Positions 39,501-49,185 of a stretch of 64,000 bases of DNA are shown piece by piece. The stretch is from contig OZ024758.1 of NCBI GenBank assembly GCA_964016885.1, forward strand, positions 24,366,001 to 24,430,000, written 5' to 3'. This stretch comes from Eledone cirrhosa (Eukaryota). A program made the position numbers and the translations under genes. The notes beneath the pieces are model-generated. The model worked only from the letters and a program-made list of their open reading frames with translations, ran no database searches and was not told the DNA's origin. Position 1 is the first letter of the stretch; every line of letters starts with the position of its first letter.

Positions 39501-42174
39501 CAAGTGAACTGAGAAGTTAAGTTAACTACTTGAACTTTTATCGTTGCACTTATATCTGTATCAACATTCTAATTACAACAGTTTGACATTCTCCAATTAC
39601 ATTTCAGAAACAGGCCGAAACAAATGAGATCGTGTAGGTGTCACGACAAAAAAAACACACAGTCCACGCTGTAAAGTGGCCGTGTAGGCAACACGGTAAA
39701 AACCTCCCAGCCCCACACTGTAAATGTGGTTGGTGTTAGGAAGGGCATCCAGCTGTAGAAAACCCGCCAGACAGTCCTATGCGAGCAAGACAAACACTCT
39801 TGCCTCAAGTGGGAAAACCCCCATCCAAACCCATGCAAGCGTGGAACACGGACGTTAAACGATGATGATGATGATGATGAAAGGTGAAAACCAAAATTAA
39901 TATCTACATTCAGAGAAAACATTAAAAGAATTCATTACTCTCTAATATCCTGGATTGGCAGTATCGGTAGAGGGTCAGACCCCATGCTTTCCAGCCTATT
40001 TACGTCCCTTTATGATCTGAGTTCAAATCCCGCCGAGGTTGACTTTGTTTCTCATCCTTACGGGGTCGATAAAATAAAGTACCAGTAATGTACTGGGATA
40101 ATTGCTGGCCTTGTGCCAAAAGTAGAAACAATTATTATTATTATACAGAGTATCTTATATAATATTTTACTGCTACTTACAATCCAATACAAATATACAA
40201 ATACTTTCATAACCTTATTTTGTGTGCATGATACAATAAACACTCAGCAAACACCCTAAACCAAACACCAGCCTGTACTCATGACTCCTGCCAAACCCTA
40301 AACTGCACTCACCCTCCAAATTCGACAAATCAAACACAGGCCACCCATCTTGCCCAACTCAGTATACATAACTGGACCACAACAGCCACCAAATGGGGAA
40401 GACAGGCATTATTCCTGCCTTAACCCTTTAATGTTCAAACCGGCCAGAATTCTCTACCTCTTTCTGTTGAAACTGGCTGTAACTGGTCGCTCATACTGAT
40501 GTTACGGTATTGTTCTCAAAATAAATACTTTCAAAATCTCATAGATTCGATATTATGTGAGATAATTATGTGAGGTAAAGCCTTTACCATGAAAATATAA
40601 CAGTATATATAGAGTAATGTGAATGGTAAAGGGTTAATATACACATTCAGTTATGTATATGTGTATGCAAGTGGTGATGCTGGTTTTTGGTTAACATAAA
40701 AATAGTAGCCACTAAATCAGTGAACCAATCTGTACTTGCAAAGTTGCAAAGCAGTTAACAAGCTAAGATAATTAACTAAATAGTTAAAACTTAATATACA
40801 GTAACAGCTACCACAGCAGTGAAGAAATTAGTAATTACGCTAAACTGTTTTAGAATGGAGACCCAGATTACTAGGTGTGACTACCATATCTTTGAACAGC
40901 CATCTCTATTTTGTCTGCCAGAGCCATGGGGTGGCCAGTCCACTGGGACCATGGGGAAGCCACTGTGTAGACCCCGATTTGCTCACAAAAGTGAGATGGG
41001 GAGAGTGGGAGAGACAGAGGCAGTAACAGTGCGAGTTTGGTTCTTTTGTGTTCAGACCTGGTGTATATATATGTATTGTGGAGCTATGTTGAACAGCTGC
41101 TGTCGCGTGTAGGACGGATCCGGTTATCGACTGAGTCCATTGTGCAGATAGCCCCGCCATCCTCCTTTAAAGAGGAGGAAGGGCAGGCAGTTTTCATCTG
41201 CCTGGTGGCCATGGTGAAAGAGATTGTGTGGTGGACAAGGTTGAAAGGGTTGAAGACAGACACTTTCCTCTTCGGCCAATTCCTGATTAACTTTTTCGAG
41301 TTTCACTCGAAGAGGAAAATCAAGGTGGAGAGGCAAGTGCTGTCTTCTAGTAAGTTTGTTGAAAGGTGGGTGAAAGTGGCGAGTCTGGTCCGAGTGAATG
41401 GGCCCACTGAGTATGCGCCTGTAGACTGAGGAGTGGGAAAAGTGAGAGAGGGCGCTTGCCCTGGTGGTCAGGGCGCCCGTGGTCTTTTTTGTATGGTTTT
41501 CGCCATAAGTGACCCTCGGAGGTTTCCCCCTTTTTTGGGGGGAATTTTTTTGATTTCTAGCCCGATTTTGTTATAACCTGTTTACACGACCAAAACCCAC
41601 TTTGTATCGTCCTGTACTGTTCTGTGCCGTCTCTAATGTTTTTCTTCGTGTTAACCCTTGTGACCAATAAAGAAACCATTGTTATTCTTGTTTTCAATTG
41701 GCAGTATCGGTAGAACGTCGGACACCCTGCTTCATGGCATAGGGTTACGACCCATTACACTCTCGGTTCAAATTCCGCCGAGGTTAGCTTTGCCTTTCAA
41801 CCTTACAGGGTCGATAAAACAAAGTACCAGTAATATACTGGGGGTCGATTTAATCAACTTTCCCCTCCCCTTTAAATTGCTAGCCTTGTGCCTATATCAT
41901 CAGTTTACATCCACTTTCTTGTATTCAATAAAGTAAAACTATTTGTATAGTTGCTATCAGTGGAAAGATCTCAGAGTGGCCTTAGTAAAAGAATGTCAAT
42001 GTTATTAAAATTATATTTATATAAACTCATAAAAATTCAAAGGAGATTCTTCGATTATTACTCACTTGGTATTATGTGTATCGATCTCATCAAACAAAGC
42101 TTTGAGCTCTTCTTTCCCCATAACACCATCAGCAAAAAATGCAAGGAATTCTGTCCAAGATATTGCACCATCGT
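9539..42174 (-). CDS. NECAB1: NECAB-family N-terminal EF-hand calcium-binding protein (NECAB1-like), 10 coding exons, 5'-partial
   Basis: join(42174-42066,38238-38115,31397-31261,29801-29659,27826-27747,25013-24960,20069-19960,18405-18328,14201-14110,9564-9539). All introns GT-AG with matching phases; 953 nt open to TGA. Protein: (D)DGAISWTEFLAFFADGVMGKEELKALFDEIDTHNTNNIDTEELCAYFSLHLG...EQFVTRFLLHEILNQ...LYRLSSLVDRLENR...IILLQRNF...SGCL...LYEVW...IMNIPAHWWQKSF*. Motifs FADGV, IDTHNTNNxDTEELC, EQFVTRFLL and PAxWW are NECAB hallmarks as I recall them; the specific paralogue cannot be assigned. Confidence 0.93.
9715..11145 (+). mobile_element. Degraded RTE-clade LINE (RT domain to 3' end), short-tail family A
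   Basis: Frameshifted pieces MQFGF, PWELLYADNL (YADD), WPCTICRKGVGSNSIQC, LERNEA, GRGRPRKT; (GAT)n tail. Confidence 0.88.
11950..12175. mobile_element. piggyBac-like MITE (TTAA TSD, CCCTTTAGCATTTA termini); other copies near 11541-11755, 15036-15533, 18572-18786, 23929-24484, 24526-24744, 25725-25953, 35942-36209, 40420-40637, 47930-48085
   Basis: Shared body ctcaaaataaataatatcaaaatctcatagattcaatattatgtgaggtaaagcctttacc; TTAA on both sides and CCCT/AGGG ends. Confidence 0.85.
12560..13272 (-). mobile_element. CR1-clade LINE 3' fragment with ~6 tandem copies of a 61-bp unit (12752-13120)
   Basis: NTRGHAHKV...FRKHLFTLRVAEAWNKLPASVV...FK (CR1 ORF2 C-terminus); (ATT)n tail. Confidence 0.88.
14110..14201 (-). 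CDS. NECAB1: NECAB exon (ABM): FAESNEWKTFEEQTSEMLDDEIEVKIMNIP
   Basis: Acceptor ttctactacag, donor gtaatt; 92 nt. Confidence 0.9.
14265..14677 (+). mobile_element. CR1-clade LINE 3' fragment (no tandem expansion)
   Basis: Degraded match to the same CR1 family; other tails near 17240-17490, 19690-19940, 30150-30260, 36575-36848. Confidence 0.82.
14685..15008 (+). mobile_element. Family-1 SINE with a four-fold tandem 40-bp 5' head
   Basis: gggcggtggattggcagtatcggtagagggtcggacacca x4 then a normal body; TSD attattact(g/a)gtctg. Confidence 0.9.
15110..15393 (+). mobile_element. RTE LINE 3' end (family A) nested in a piggyBac-like MITE
   Basis: RRLRWYGHV...GRPRKTW...KRTHPTLASKEKWT* then (GAT)n; MITE halves at 15036-15110 and 15395-15533. 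Confidence 0.88.
15546..16800 (-). mobile_element. Cluster of ~6 family-1 SINE copies and fragments
   Basis: Repeated ttgtttctacttttggcacaaggccagcaattacc...ggatttgaactcag. Confidence 0.88.
17101..17691. mobile_element. TIR element (tactctcgggtc...gacccaagagta) interrupted by CR1 tails
   Basis: Imperfect terminal inverted repeats with TA ends; internal aataagcgtgggg motifs on both sides. Confidence 0.5.
17860..18310 (-). mobile_element. RTE LINE 3' end, long-3'UTR family B
   Basis: HLSKTMSLDPDLWRYA plus 3'UTR and (GAT)n tail; abuts the NECAB donor at 18327. Confidence 0.8.
18328..18405 (-). CDS. NECAB1: NECAB exon (ABM): SSVRSFKNSGKLTLYEVWSSEFQQS
   Basis: Acceptor ttttatttcag, donor gtacag; 78 nt; YExW ABM motif. 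Confidence 0.9.
19069..19490. mobile_element. Foldback/MITE with ~57-bp inverted arms
   Basis: ccttttcttatttatagtatttatagccctttcatttcctatacagccagatctgcc mirrored at 19434-19490. Confidence 0.75.
19960..20069 (-). CDS. NECAB1: NECAB exon (ABM domain start): IILLQRNFSIKLDAKESFKNKMRNYIEALHKISGCL
   Basis: Acceptor tttttgatag, donor gtaaga; 110 nt. Confidence 0.9.
20187..20374 (+). mobile_element. Family-1 SINE at the edge of the 35-bp satellite; further + copies near 25184, 34627, 36850, 39951, 41696, 53362 and - copies near 7806, 31534, 46830
   Basis: Full consensus; flanked both sides by attaatatagtaacaatgg. Confidence 0.9.
20376..23868. repeat. 35-bp AT-rich minisatellite, ~100 copies
   Basis: Unit aatatagtaacaat(g/a)gaagtaactaacataacatt. 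Confidence 0.97.
24069..24472. repeat. 69-bp tandem repeat (~6 copies) inside a piggyBac-like MITE
   Basis: Period 69 (23-aa repeat in ORF 24046..24447); unit is the MITE right end. Confidence 0.93.
24960..25013 (-). CDS. NECAB1: NECAB exon: INFDGFVDEEVDVQDDGE
   Basis: Acceptor atatttcag, donor gtaggg; 54 nt, phase 0-0; acidic linker before the ABM domain. Confidence 0.82.
26130..27645 (+). mobile_element. CR1 LINE 3' fragment with ~16 tandem copies of the 61-bp unit (26443-27420)
   Basis: LETVQRRATK...YSERL..L...TLKLRR...WNKLP; 3'UTR and (ATT)n tail follow the array. Confidence 0.92.
27747..27826 (-). CDS. NECAB1: NECAB exon: GGNTSQTTLSTQLYRLSSLVDRLENR
   Basis: Acceptor tttttttcag, donor gtaata; 80 nt; RLxxLxDRLE coiled-coil motif. 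Confidence 0.9.
28461..29130 (+). mobile_element. RTE-X-like LINE insertion with inverted 5' segment and 10-bp TSD
   Basis: + strand 28747-29115 QMVDGCYTRMLRMALN...RRLRLAGH...GRPRLTY; - strand 28471-28746 VEDFLYLG...VESVLLYGSETWTLTKKL; TSD gtgttagagt at 28461-28470 and 29121-29130. Confidence 0.88.
29659..29801 (-). CDS. NECAB1: NECAB exon (linker): EDIVPVMMDTPPKVLNSAIVPGRVARRARRQMSMPNPSSSSNATETE
   Basis: Acceptor ctactttcag, donor gtaagc; 143 nt; phases fit both neighbours; inside ORF 29624..30028. Confidence 0.88.
30882..31241. mobile_element. pogo/Tigger-like MITE
   Basis: ta|cagtagttcccc...ggggtacattg|ta termini. Confidence 0.5.
31261..31397 (-). CDS. NECAB1: NECAB exon (NECAB homology region): TYKESSRKEQFVTRFLLHEILNQFTAVQRAMENASDALDEQAREQ
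   Basis: Acceptor atcatttcag, donor gtaagt; 137 nt; EQFVTRFLL motif. Confidence 0.93.
32550..33112 (+). mobile_element. CR1 LINE 3' fragment with an internal deletion across the 61-bp unit region
   Basis: VQPHLEFASPVWNPY...LETVQRRATK; ttttcac|actgcatcc junction near 32903. Confidence 0.9.
33140..33760. repeat. 58-60-bp minisatellite, ~10 copies
   Basis: Unit tatgtcatttatctttgtgtaagtatatgtgtctgtatacacatatacttactgtacttc. Confidence 0.93.
34078..34355. repeat. Alternating purine-pyrimidine (TG/CA/TA/CG) low-complexity tract
   Basis: Near-uninterrupted RY alternation; source of several spurious ORFs. Confidence 0.85.
34511..34888. mobile_element. MITE (cagacctg termini) containing a SINE; its right end also appears at window positions 1-31
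   Basis: cagacctgtcaac / gttggcaggtctg; gtgtag duplicated on both flanks. Confidence 0.65.
37305..37765 (+). mobile_element. RTE-X-like LINE 3' fragment, open frame
   Basis: ORF 37306..37758 FFRAAVESVLVYGS.TW...RLRFAGHCWR...GRPKKTY; (TGA)n tail; inserted in a short ataaatacaagt repeat. Confidence 0.9.
38115..38238 (-). CDS. NECAB1: NECAB exon: NIDTEELCAYFSLHLGAFKDIYAVLDDLNSNMTSVLFSTSQ
   Basis: Acceptor tatttttcag, donor gtaagt; 124 nt; lies inside ORF 38073..38327. Confidence 0.93.
38674..38859. mobile_element. Tc1/mariner-type MITE; related pieces near 3892-5055, 11420-11475, 13630-13722
   Basis: tactgtatacacttggatataagccg ... cggcttatattcgagtatatatggta inverted termini. Confidence 0.65.
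39605..39880 (+). mobile_element. RTE family B 3'UTR fragment
   Basis: Near-identical to 59205-59480 and 62850-63120. Confidence 0.82.
41036..41675 (+). mobile_element. Tx1/L1-clade LINE ORF2 C-terminus and 3'UTR
   Basis: ORF 41037..41429 ...LVAMVKEIVWWTR...KRKIKVER...FVERW; T-rich UTR ending aataaagaaa. Clade is inferred from the C-terminal pattern. Confidence 0.62.
42066..42174 (-). CDS. NECAB1: NECAB exon (end of EF-hand 1, start of EF-hand 2): DGAISWTEFLAFFADGVMGKEELKALFDEIDTHNT
   Basis: Acceptor tttctttactag, donor gtgagt; 109 nt, phase 1 to 2. Confidence 0.93.
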
Positions 42175-42390
42175 CTAGTAAAGAAAAAAGAAAAAAAAAA
42201 GTTAACAAGCTTCAAAAATAAGTATAAAAATCAATGAACGGTTTAATATTTAGTGATAATGACCGGTAGATATTGATTTCTTTTGACCAGCAAAAACATC
42301 TCTAGACACACCAATGGCAGTGAATGATGACCAATACCTTCAGCTCAACATATCTCCCTCCACCACCTGCCTTTGGAATAATATATATTT

Positions 42391-44245
42391 GAGGTTTTAA
42401 AAGATGCAGTGTCTGACAGCTAACAACTGATGCAGGTAGTTTGTTCCATGGAGGTTTTAAAGGATGCAGTGTCTCGACAGCTAACAACAGATGCAGGTAG
42501 ACTGTTCCATGGAGGTTTTAAAGGATGCAGTGTCTGACAGCTAACAACTGATGCAGGTAGTTTGTTCCATGGAGGTTTTAAAGGATGCAGTGTCTCGACA
42601 GCTAACAACTGATGCAGGTAGTTTGTTCCATGGAGGTTTTAAAGGATGCAGTGTCTGACAGCTAACAACTGATGCAGGTAGTTTGTTCCATGGAGGTTTT
42701 AAAGGATGCAATGTCTCGACAGCTAACAACTGATGTAGGTAGTTTGTTCCATGGAGGTTTTAAAGGATGCAGTGTCTCGACAGCTAACAACTGATACAGG
42801 TAGTACGTTCCATGGAGGTTTTAAAGGATGCAGTGTCTGACAGCTAACAACTGGTGCAGGTAGTTTGTTCCATGGAGGTTTTAAAGGATGCAGTGTCTCG
42901 ACAGCTAACAACAGATGCAGGTAGTACGTTCCATGGAGGTTTTAAAGGATGCAGTGTCTGACAGCTAACAACTGATGCAGGTAGTTTGTTCCATGGAGGT
43001 TTTAAAGGATGCAGTGTCTCGACAGCTAACAACTGATGCAGGTAGTTTGTTCCATGGAGGTTTTAAAGGATGCAGTGTCTGACAGCTAACAACAGATGCA
43101 GGTAGTTTGTTCCATGGAGGTTTTAAAGGATGCAGTGTCTCGACAGCTAACAACAGATGCAGGTAGTATGTTCCATGGAGGTTTTAAAGGATGCAGTGTT
43201 TCGACAGCTAACAACAGATGCAGGTAGTACGTTCCATGGAGGTTTTAAAGGATGCAATGTCTCGACAGCTAACAACTGATGTAGGTAGTTTGTTTCATGG
43301 AGGTTTTAAAGGGTGCAGTGTCTCGACAGCTAACAACTGATGCAGGTAGTTTGTTCCATGGAGGTTTTAAAGGATGCAGTGTCTGACAGCTAACAACTGG
43401 TGCAGGTAGTTTGTTCCATGGAGGTTTTAAAGGATGCAGTGTCTCGACAGCTAACAACAGATGCAGGTAGTACGTTCCATGGAGGTTTTAAAGGATGCAG
43501 TGTCTGACAGCTAACAACTGATGCAGGTAGTTTGTTCCATGGAGGTTTTAAAGGATGCAGTGTCTCGACAGCTAACAACAGATGCAGGTAGTACGTTCCA
43601 TGGAGGTTTTAAAGGATGCAGTGTTTCGACAGCTAACAACAGATGCAGGTAGTATGTTCCATGGAGGTTTTAAAGGATGCAATGTCTCGACAGCTAACAA
43701 CTGATGCAGGTAGTTTGTTCCATGGAGGTTTTAAAGGATGCAGTGTCTCGACAGCTCACAACAGATGTAGGTAGTATGTTCCATGGAGCTTTTAAAGGAT
43801 GCAGTGTCTTAACAGCTAACAACTGATGCAGGTAATTTCTTCCATGGAGGTTTTAAAAGATGCAGTGTCTCGACAGCTAACAACAGATGCAGGTAGTTTG
43901 TTCCATGGAGGTTTTAAAGGATGCAGTGTCTCGACAGCTAACAACTGATGCAGGTAGTTTGTTCCATGGAGGTTTTAAAGGATGCAGTGTCTCGACAGCT
44001 AACAACTGATGCAGGTAGTATGTTCCATGGAGGTTTTAAAGGATGCAGTGTCTCGACAGCTAACAACAGATGCAGGTAGTACGTTCCATGGAGGTTTTAA
44101 AGGATGCATTGTCTCGACAGCTAACAACAGATGCAGGTAGTTTGTTCCATGCTTCAGCAACTCTGAGCATGAAAAACTGTTTCCGAAAGTCATGGGAGCT
44201 GTGCTGTTTTCTGACTTTGTAGGGATGCCCAGGTGTGTTAGACAC
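42391..44245 (-). repeat. ~29 copies of the CR1-derived 61/60-bp unit attached to a short CR1 ORF2 remnant
   Basis: Unit ttccatggaggttttaaaggatgcagtgtctcgacagctaacaactgatgcaggtagtttg; CR1 sequence at 44150-44245. Confidence 0.95.
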
Positions 44246-44724
44246 GGAGCATATGTTGAAAAATAAACACCATAACTTAAACCGTTTTTTCCAACTGTCC
44301 TCTTTTTCAATGAACTTTTTGAAGCCCCCTTGTATTTCAACTGGGAACATTGATACAACTCCTGTGCACTATGACAATAGCATTGGTTACAAAATCTGAC
44401 AATTTTATTACATCTTCAATTCCCTCTTCAGCCATAAACCTATATACCATTTTTATGACTCCTACAAGTCACTCTTCACTGTGACAATCACACACCACCA
44501 TTCCATTACTTTTACTTCTTTAATAATCTCTCTCTCTCTCTCCCTCAATCCCCCCTCTCCTTTCTCCCTCTCCCTCCATCCTCCCACCTCCCTCTATCTC
44601 TCTCCATTCAGCCCCCCCCCTCCCATATCTATCTATCTCTCCCTCGATCCTCCTCCCTCTCTCACCCTCATCTCTCTCCCTCCCTCCACCCCTCTCTTTC
44701 TCTCTCCATCATCCTCCCTCTCTC

Positions 44725-45019
44725 CAGACTCACTTACTTTAATTTCAGCAAATAGGGGGAGATAAAGCTGACAAGGCCTTGTTTCTGCATTTATTGATGC
44801 TTTTCAGAGCATCAATTCTAATTTTTAATTTCTGCTTGACCGGCAACTGCTCTGTATAATCAGTTCCTGATTATTTACTAGAATTCTATAAGAACATAAC
44901 ATCTGTAATTTCAGCAGACGGGAGGAGTAGTTAGCTTTGATAAGCATCAATAAATGCAGAAACAAGGCCTTGTCAGCTTTATCTCCCCCTGTTTGCTCAA
45001 ATTAAAGTAAGTGAGTCTG
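44725..45019. mobile_element. MITE/foldback with ~85-bp inverted arms
   Basis: cagactcacttactttaatt...attgatgct mirrored by agcatcaat...aattaaagtaagtgagtctg. Confidence 0.8.
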
Positions 45020-45103
45020 TCACTACTCTAAAACAATAGCATACGGTCTTCAAAATGCTTTTAATTAAGCATAAAGTGTATTGCAAAATACACTATATAT
45101 ACA

Positions 45104-45149
<46 letters not shown>

Positions 45150-45215
45150 TATACACACATATATATACGCCTATATATATATACGCCTATTTACACCTAT
45201 ACATATATATATATA

Positions 45216-46040
45216 TCATCATCATCATCATCATCACCGTTTTACGTCCGTTCTTCCACGCTAGCATGGGTTAGACGGGTTGTCCTGTTGTGGGCAGTGT
45301 CTGGTCGGCTGACCATGCCTTGCTCATACAGGAACTGATCTGGCTTGATTTCTACAGCTGGATGCCCTTCCTAACACCAACCTCATTTACAGTGAGTGCT
45401 GGGTGCTTTTTCGTGGCGCCTACACGTCCACTTTACAGTGTGGGCTGGGTGCTTTTTTGCCGTGGCACCTCCACGACCACCTTGCGGTGGGGGGGGGGGG
45501 GGGGGGGCATATTGTTTATATGCTTCAGCATGTACCCATGGGAGGTCGGGTACCCTGTATTACTGCGTGACGCCAGAAGTCACGGTCGTGTGTCATTGAC
45601 TTTGAGAGGTGTAGTTGGGTAAGGTCGGCTTTTATCACCTCATCCCAAGTCATCTTGGGTCTCCCCACTCCGCGGTTTCCATCAACTTCTAGTGCTCTGC
45701 ACCTTTTTATGCAGCTGTCATCCTTCATACGCATCACATGTCCATACCAGCGTAACCGCCTCTCCTGCACGCAGCATTTGATTCCTCTTATGCTCAGTCT
45801 CTCTCTCAATTCATTTATGCTTTGTCGTTCACGTATATTACTGTTACACATCCATCGGAGCATGCAGGCTTCGTTTCTCTCTAATCTACGTAAGTCTTCC
45901 ACCTTCAGCGCCCAGGTCTCACTACCATGCAACATCGCTGTTCGGATACACGCATCATACAGTCTGCCTTTCATTCTGAGGGAGAAGCCTTTTGCAGCTA
46001 GCAGTGGTAGTAGTTCCCTAAACTTCTTCCATCCCGTTCT
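45216..46040 (-). mobile_element. RTE LINE family B 3' fragment
   Basis: ORF 45525..46055 GWKKFRELLPLL...MLHGSETW...RRLRWYGHV...GRPKMTW; 3'UTR and (GAT)n. Confidence 0.92.
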
Positions 46041-46719
46041 TACACATATATACACATATATATATACCTATATACACACATATATACACATATATATACC
46101 TATATACACCTATACATATATATATATATACACACATATAAACACACATATATATATACCTATATACACCTATACATATATACACATATATACCTATATA
46201 CACCTATACATATACATATATACACATATATACACATACACACACACACATATATATATACACATATATACACATATATACCTATATACACCTATACATA
46301 TACATATATACACATATACACATATATACACATATATACACACATATATATATATATACACATATATACACACACATATATATATATATCCCCATATACA
46401 CCTATACATATACATATACACCTATACATATATATATATATCCCATTCATCTTTTCCTCTCCTCCTTATTTCCCTTATTCTCTCTATGTAGTTTATGACA
46501 ACCACATTTTAGGATGATGCACAGCTACCATTATTATATCTGAATAACAGAAACGATGCTAGAAGCAGACATTTCCAAACTAAAAGCTTTTTATGGTATA
46601 CATGTAGTCCATTGTCTAATGTTACCTTGTTCAAATTCTTCAGCTTTTAATTCTGTCTTTCATTCAGTCAGGATTGGATTGACAAAATAAATACCAACAA
46701 TATGTATAAGAGGAATAAA

Positions 46720-47582
46720 CTGTTGTGTGTAGGAGAGAAGACTGCGTTGGTTTGGCCATGTGGTGCACATGTGGTGCACATGGATAATGACCGCTGGGTG
46801 AAGAAGTGCCAGATAATCCCAGTAAGATATAATTGTTTCAACTTTAGGCACAAGGCCAGCAATTACCCAGTGCATTACTGGTACTTTATTTTATCGACCC
46901 CGTAAGGATGAAAGGCAAAGTCAACCTCGGCAGGATTTGAACTCAGATCGTAAAGGGACGTAACTATGCTGGAAAGCATGGCGTCCGACCCTCTACCGAT
47001 ACTGCCAATCCACCGCCCAATCCCAGTAAGATATAATATAATGAAATTATTGTGTAAAGTGCTCAGGTGCACTACAACTCGTCAAAGGTGCATGTATAGT
47101 ACATAGAATAATATACAAATGTCAGGGAAGTGAACAGCGTATGAGTCATGATATACATGTGTGTATGTGTATGGAGGGGGAACATTAGGTGTAGTGTTGG
47201 CGAATCTCAGGAAGCATGGAGGTTTTAAAGGATGCAGTGTCTCGACAGCTAACAACTGATGCAGGTAATTTGTTCCATGCTTCAGCAACTCTGAGCATGA
47301 AAAAATGTTTCCGAAAGTCATGGGAACTGTGCTGTTTTCTGACTTTGTGGACATGTCCATGTGTGTTGGACACATGGAAATCAAAAAGGTACTCAGTAGA
47401 AGGAAGACACAGCAGAGGAAGACCCCGGCAAACAGACGGAGGTGGTGATGGTGACCTCAGATGGCTGAAGCTCACAGAGGAGATGATGAAGGACCGTGTC
47501 AAATGGAGAGATGCTGCACTAAAGAGGACCCTAACTCTAACAAGAAGGGAAAAGCGTTCGTAAAATGAGGATGATGATGATA
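46720..47582 (+). mobile_element. Nested RTE (family A, +) / CR1 (-, 47038-47395) / SINE (-, 46830-47017)
   Basis: RTE frame KKCQIIPV|EGRHSRGRP is split; SINE TSD aatcccagtaagatataat. Confidence 0.85.
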
Positions 47583-48509
47583 ATATATTAAAGTCAAGTT
47601 AAACAAGCATATTTCATTACCTTTACCAAAGGAATGTCTAAACACAAAATGAATGACTGTTGATTACTATTATTTTTTTACTCTTTTACCTGTTCCAACC
47701 ATTTGGCTGAGGCCATGCTGGGGCAACGTCCTTGTTGCTACACGTTCTATATCCAGCCTGCGTTGGCTGGCCATTGATTTATAAGGGAGTTTGTTGCTAC
47801 TGCCCTTAGGTTAACTTCAGTCTATGCTGTGGGTTCATCTGGGATCCTGGATAGCAGAATGTAAAGATGTTACTTGAAAACATCCACGTCCACACTGTGC
47901 AGATCTCTCAAATTTCTTGGCAGCTGGATTTAGCCCTTTATCATTTACATTACTCTATATTTACTATTATATTTTCACAGTGAAGGCTTTACCTCATATA
48001 ATTATCTCACATAATATTGAATCTACGAGATTTTGATATTATTTATTTTGAGAAAAATACCTTAATGTCAGTATGAGCAGCCGGCTACGATTCAATATGC
48101 AAAATTTTATATAGACTAGTCTATTTCCATGGTTTAGTAAATGTCAGTACTGGTTGAGTGAATATCAGTGATAAAAGATTAATGAATCTTGAAACAGCGC
48201 TGACTGGCACTCTTGATCGTTACTGACAAATTTGTGACATGTTCACAGAGAGAAAAATTGAGACAAAATAATTTTTCCAATACAAAAAATATTTTTCTTG
48301 GATAACGAGGCTAATATATGTTTTTTATACATAAAACATATATTATATATTTTCATATATGACTATCATACACACACAAACACACACACACACACAAATA
48401 TATATATGGGTTGCTCATTAAATCAAGATCCTATACACAGAAATAACATGGCCCGGTTCTCAGTAATTAGCTGCTTACAAAATATCCCTCTCCCCCTCCC
48501 CTCTCTCTC

Positions 48510-49154
48510 TCTATATATATACTATGTATTACATATATATATATATATATTATGTATTACATATATATATATATAATACATTATGTATTACATATATACA
48601 TATATATATACATATATATATATATTACATATACATATACATATATATATATATAATACATATACATATACATATATATATTACATATATACATATATAT
48701 ATATATATTACATATACATATACATATATATATTACATATACATATACATATATATATATATTACATATACATATACATATATATATTACATATATACAT
48801 ATATATATATATATTACATATATACATATATATATATATATTACATATACATATACATATATATATTACATATATACATATATATATATATATTACATAT
48901 ATACATATATATATATATATTACATATATACATATATATATATATATTACATATATACATACATATATATATATTACATATATACATACATATATATATA
49001 TTACATATATATATATATATTACATATATACATATATATATTACATATATACATACATATATATATATTACATATATATATATATATTACATATATACAT
49101 ATATATATTACATATATATATATATATATATTACATATATATATATATATATAT

Positions 49155-49185
<31 letters not shown>

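Noticed and set aside
47620-47636. 17-nt AG/GT-bounded micro-exon candidate (similar candidates near 44429 and 46626)
   Set aside because: No frame encodes the expected EF-hand residues
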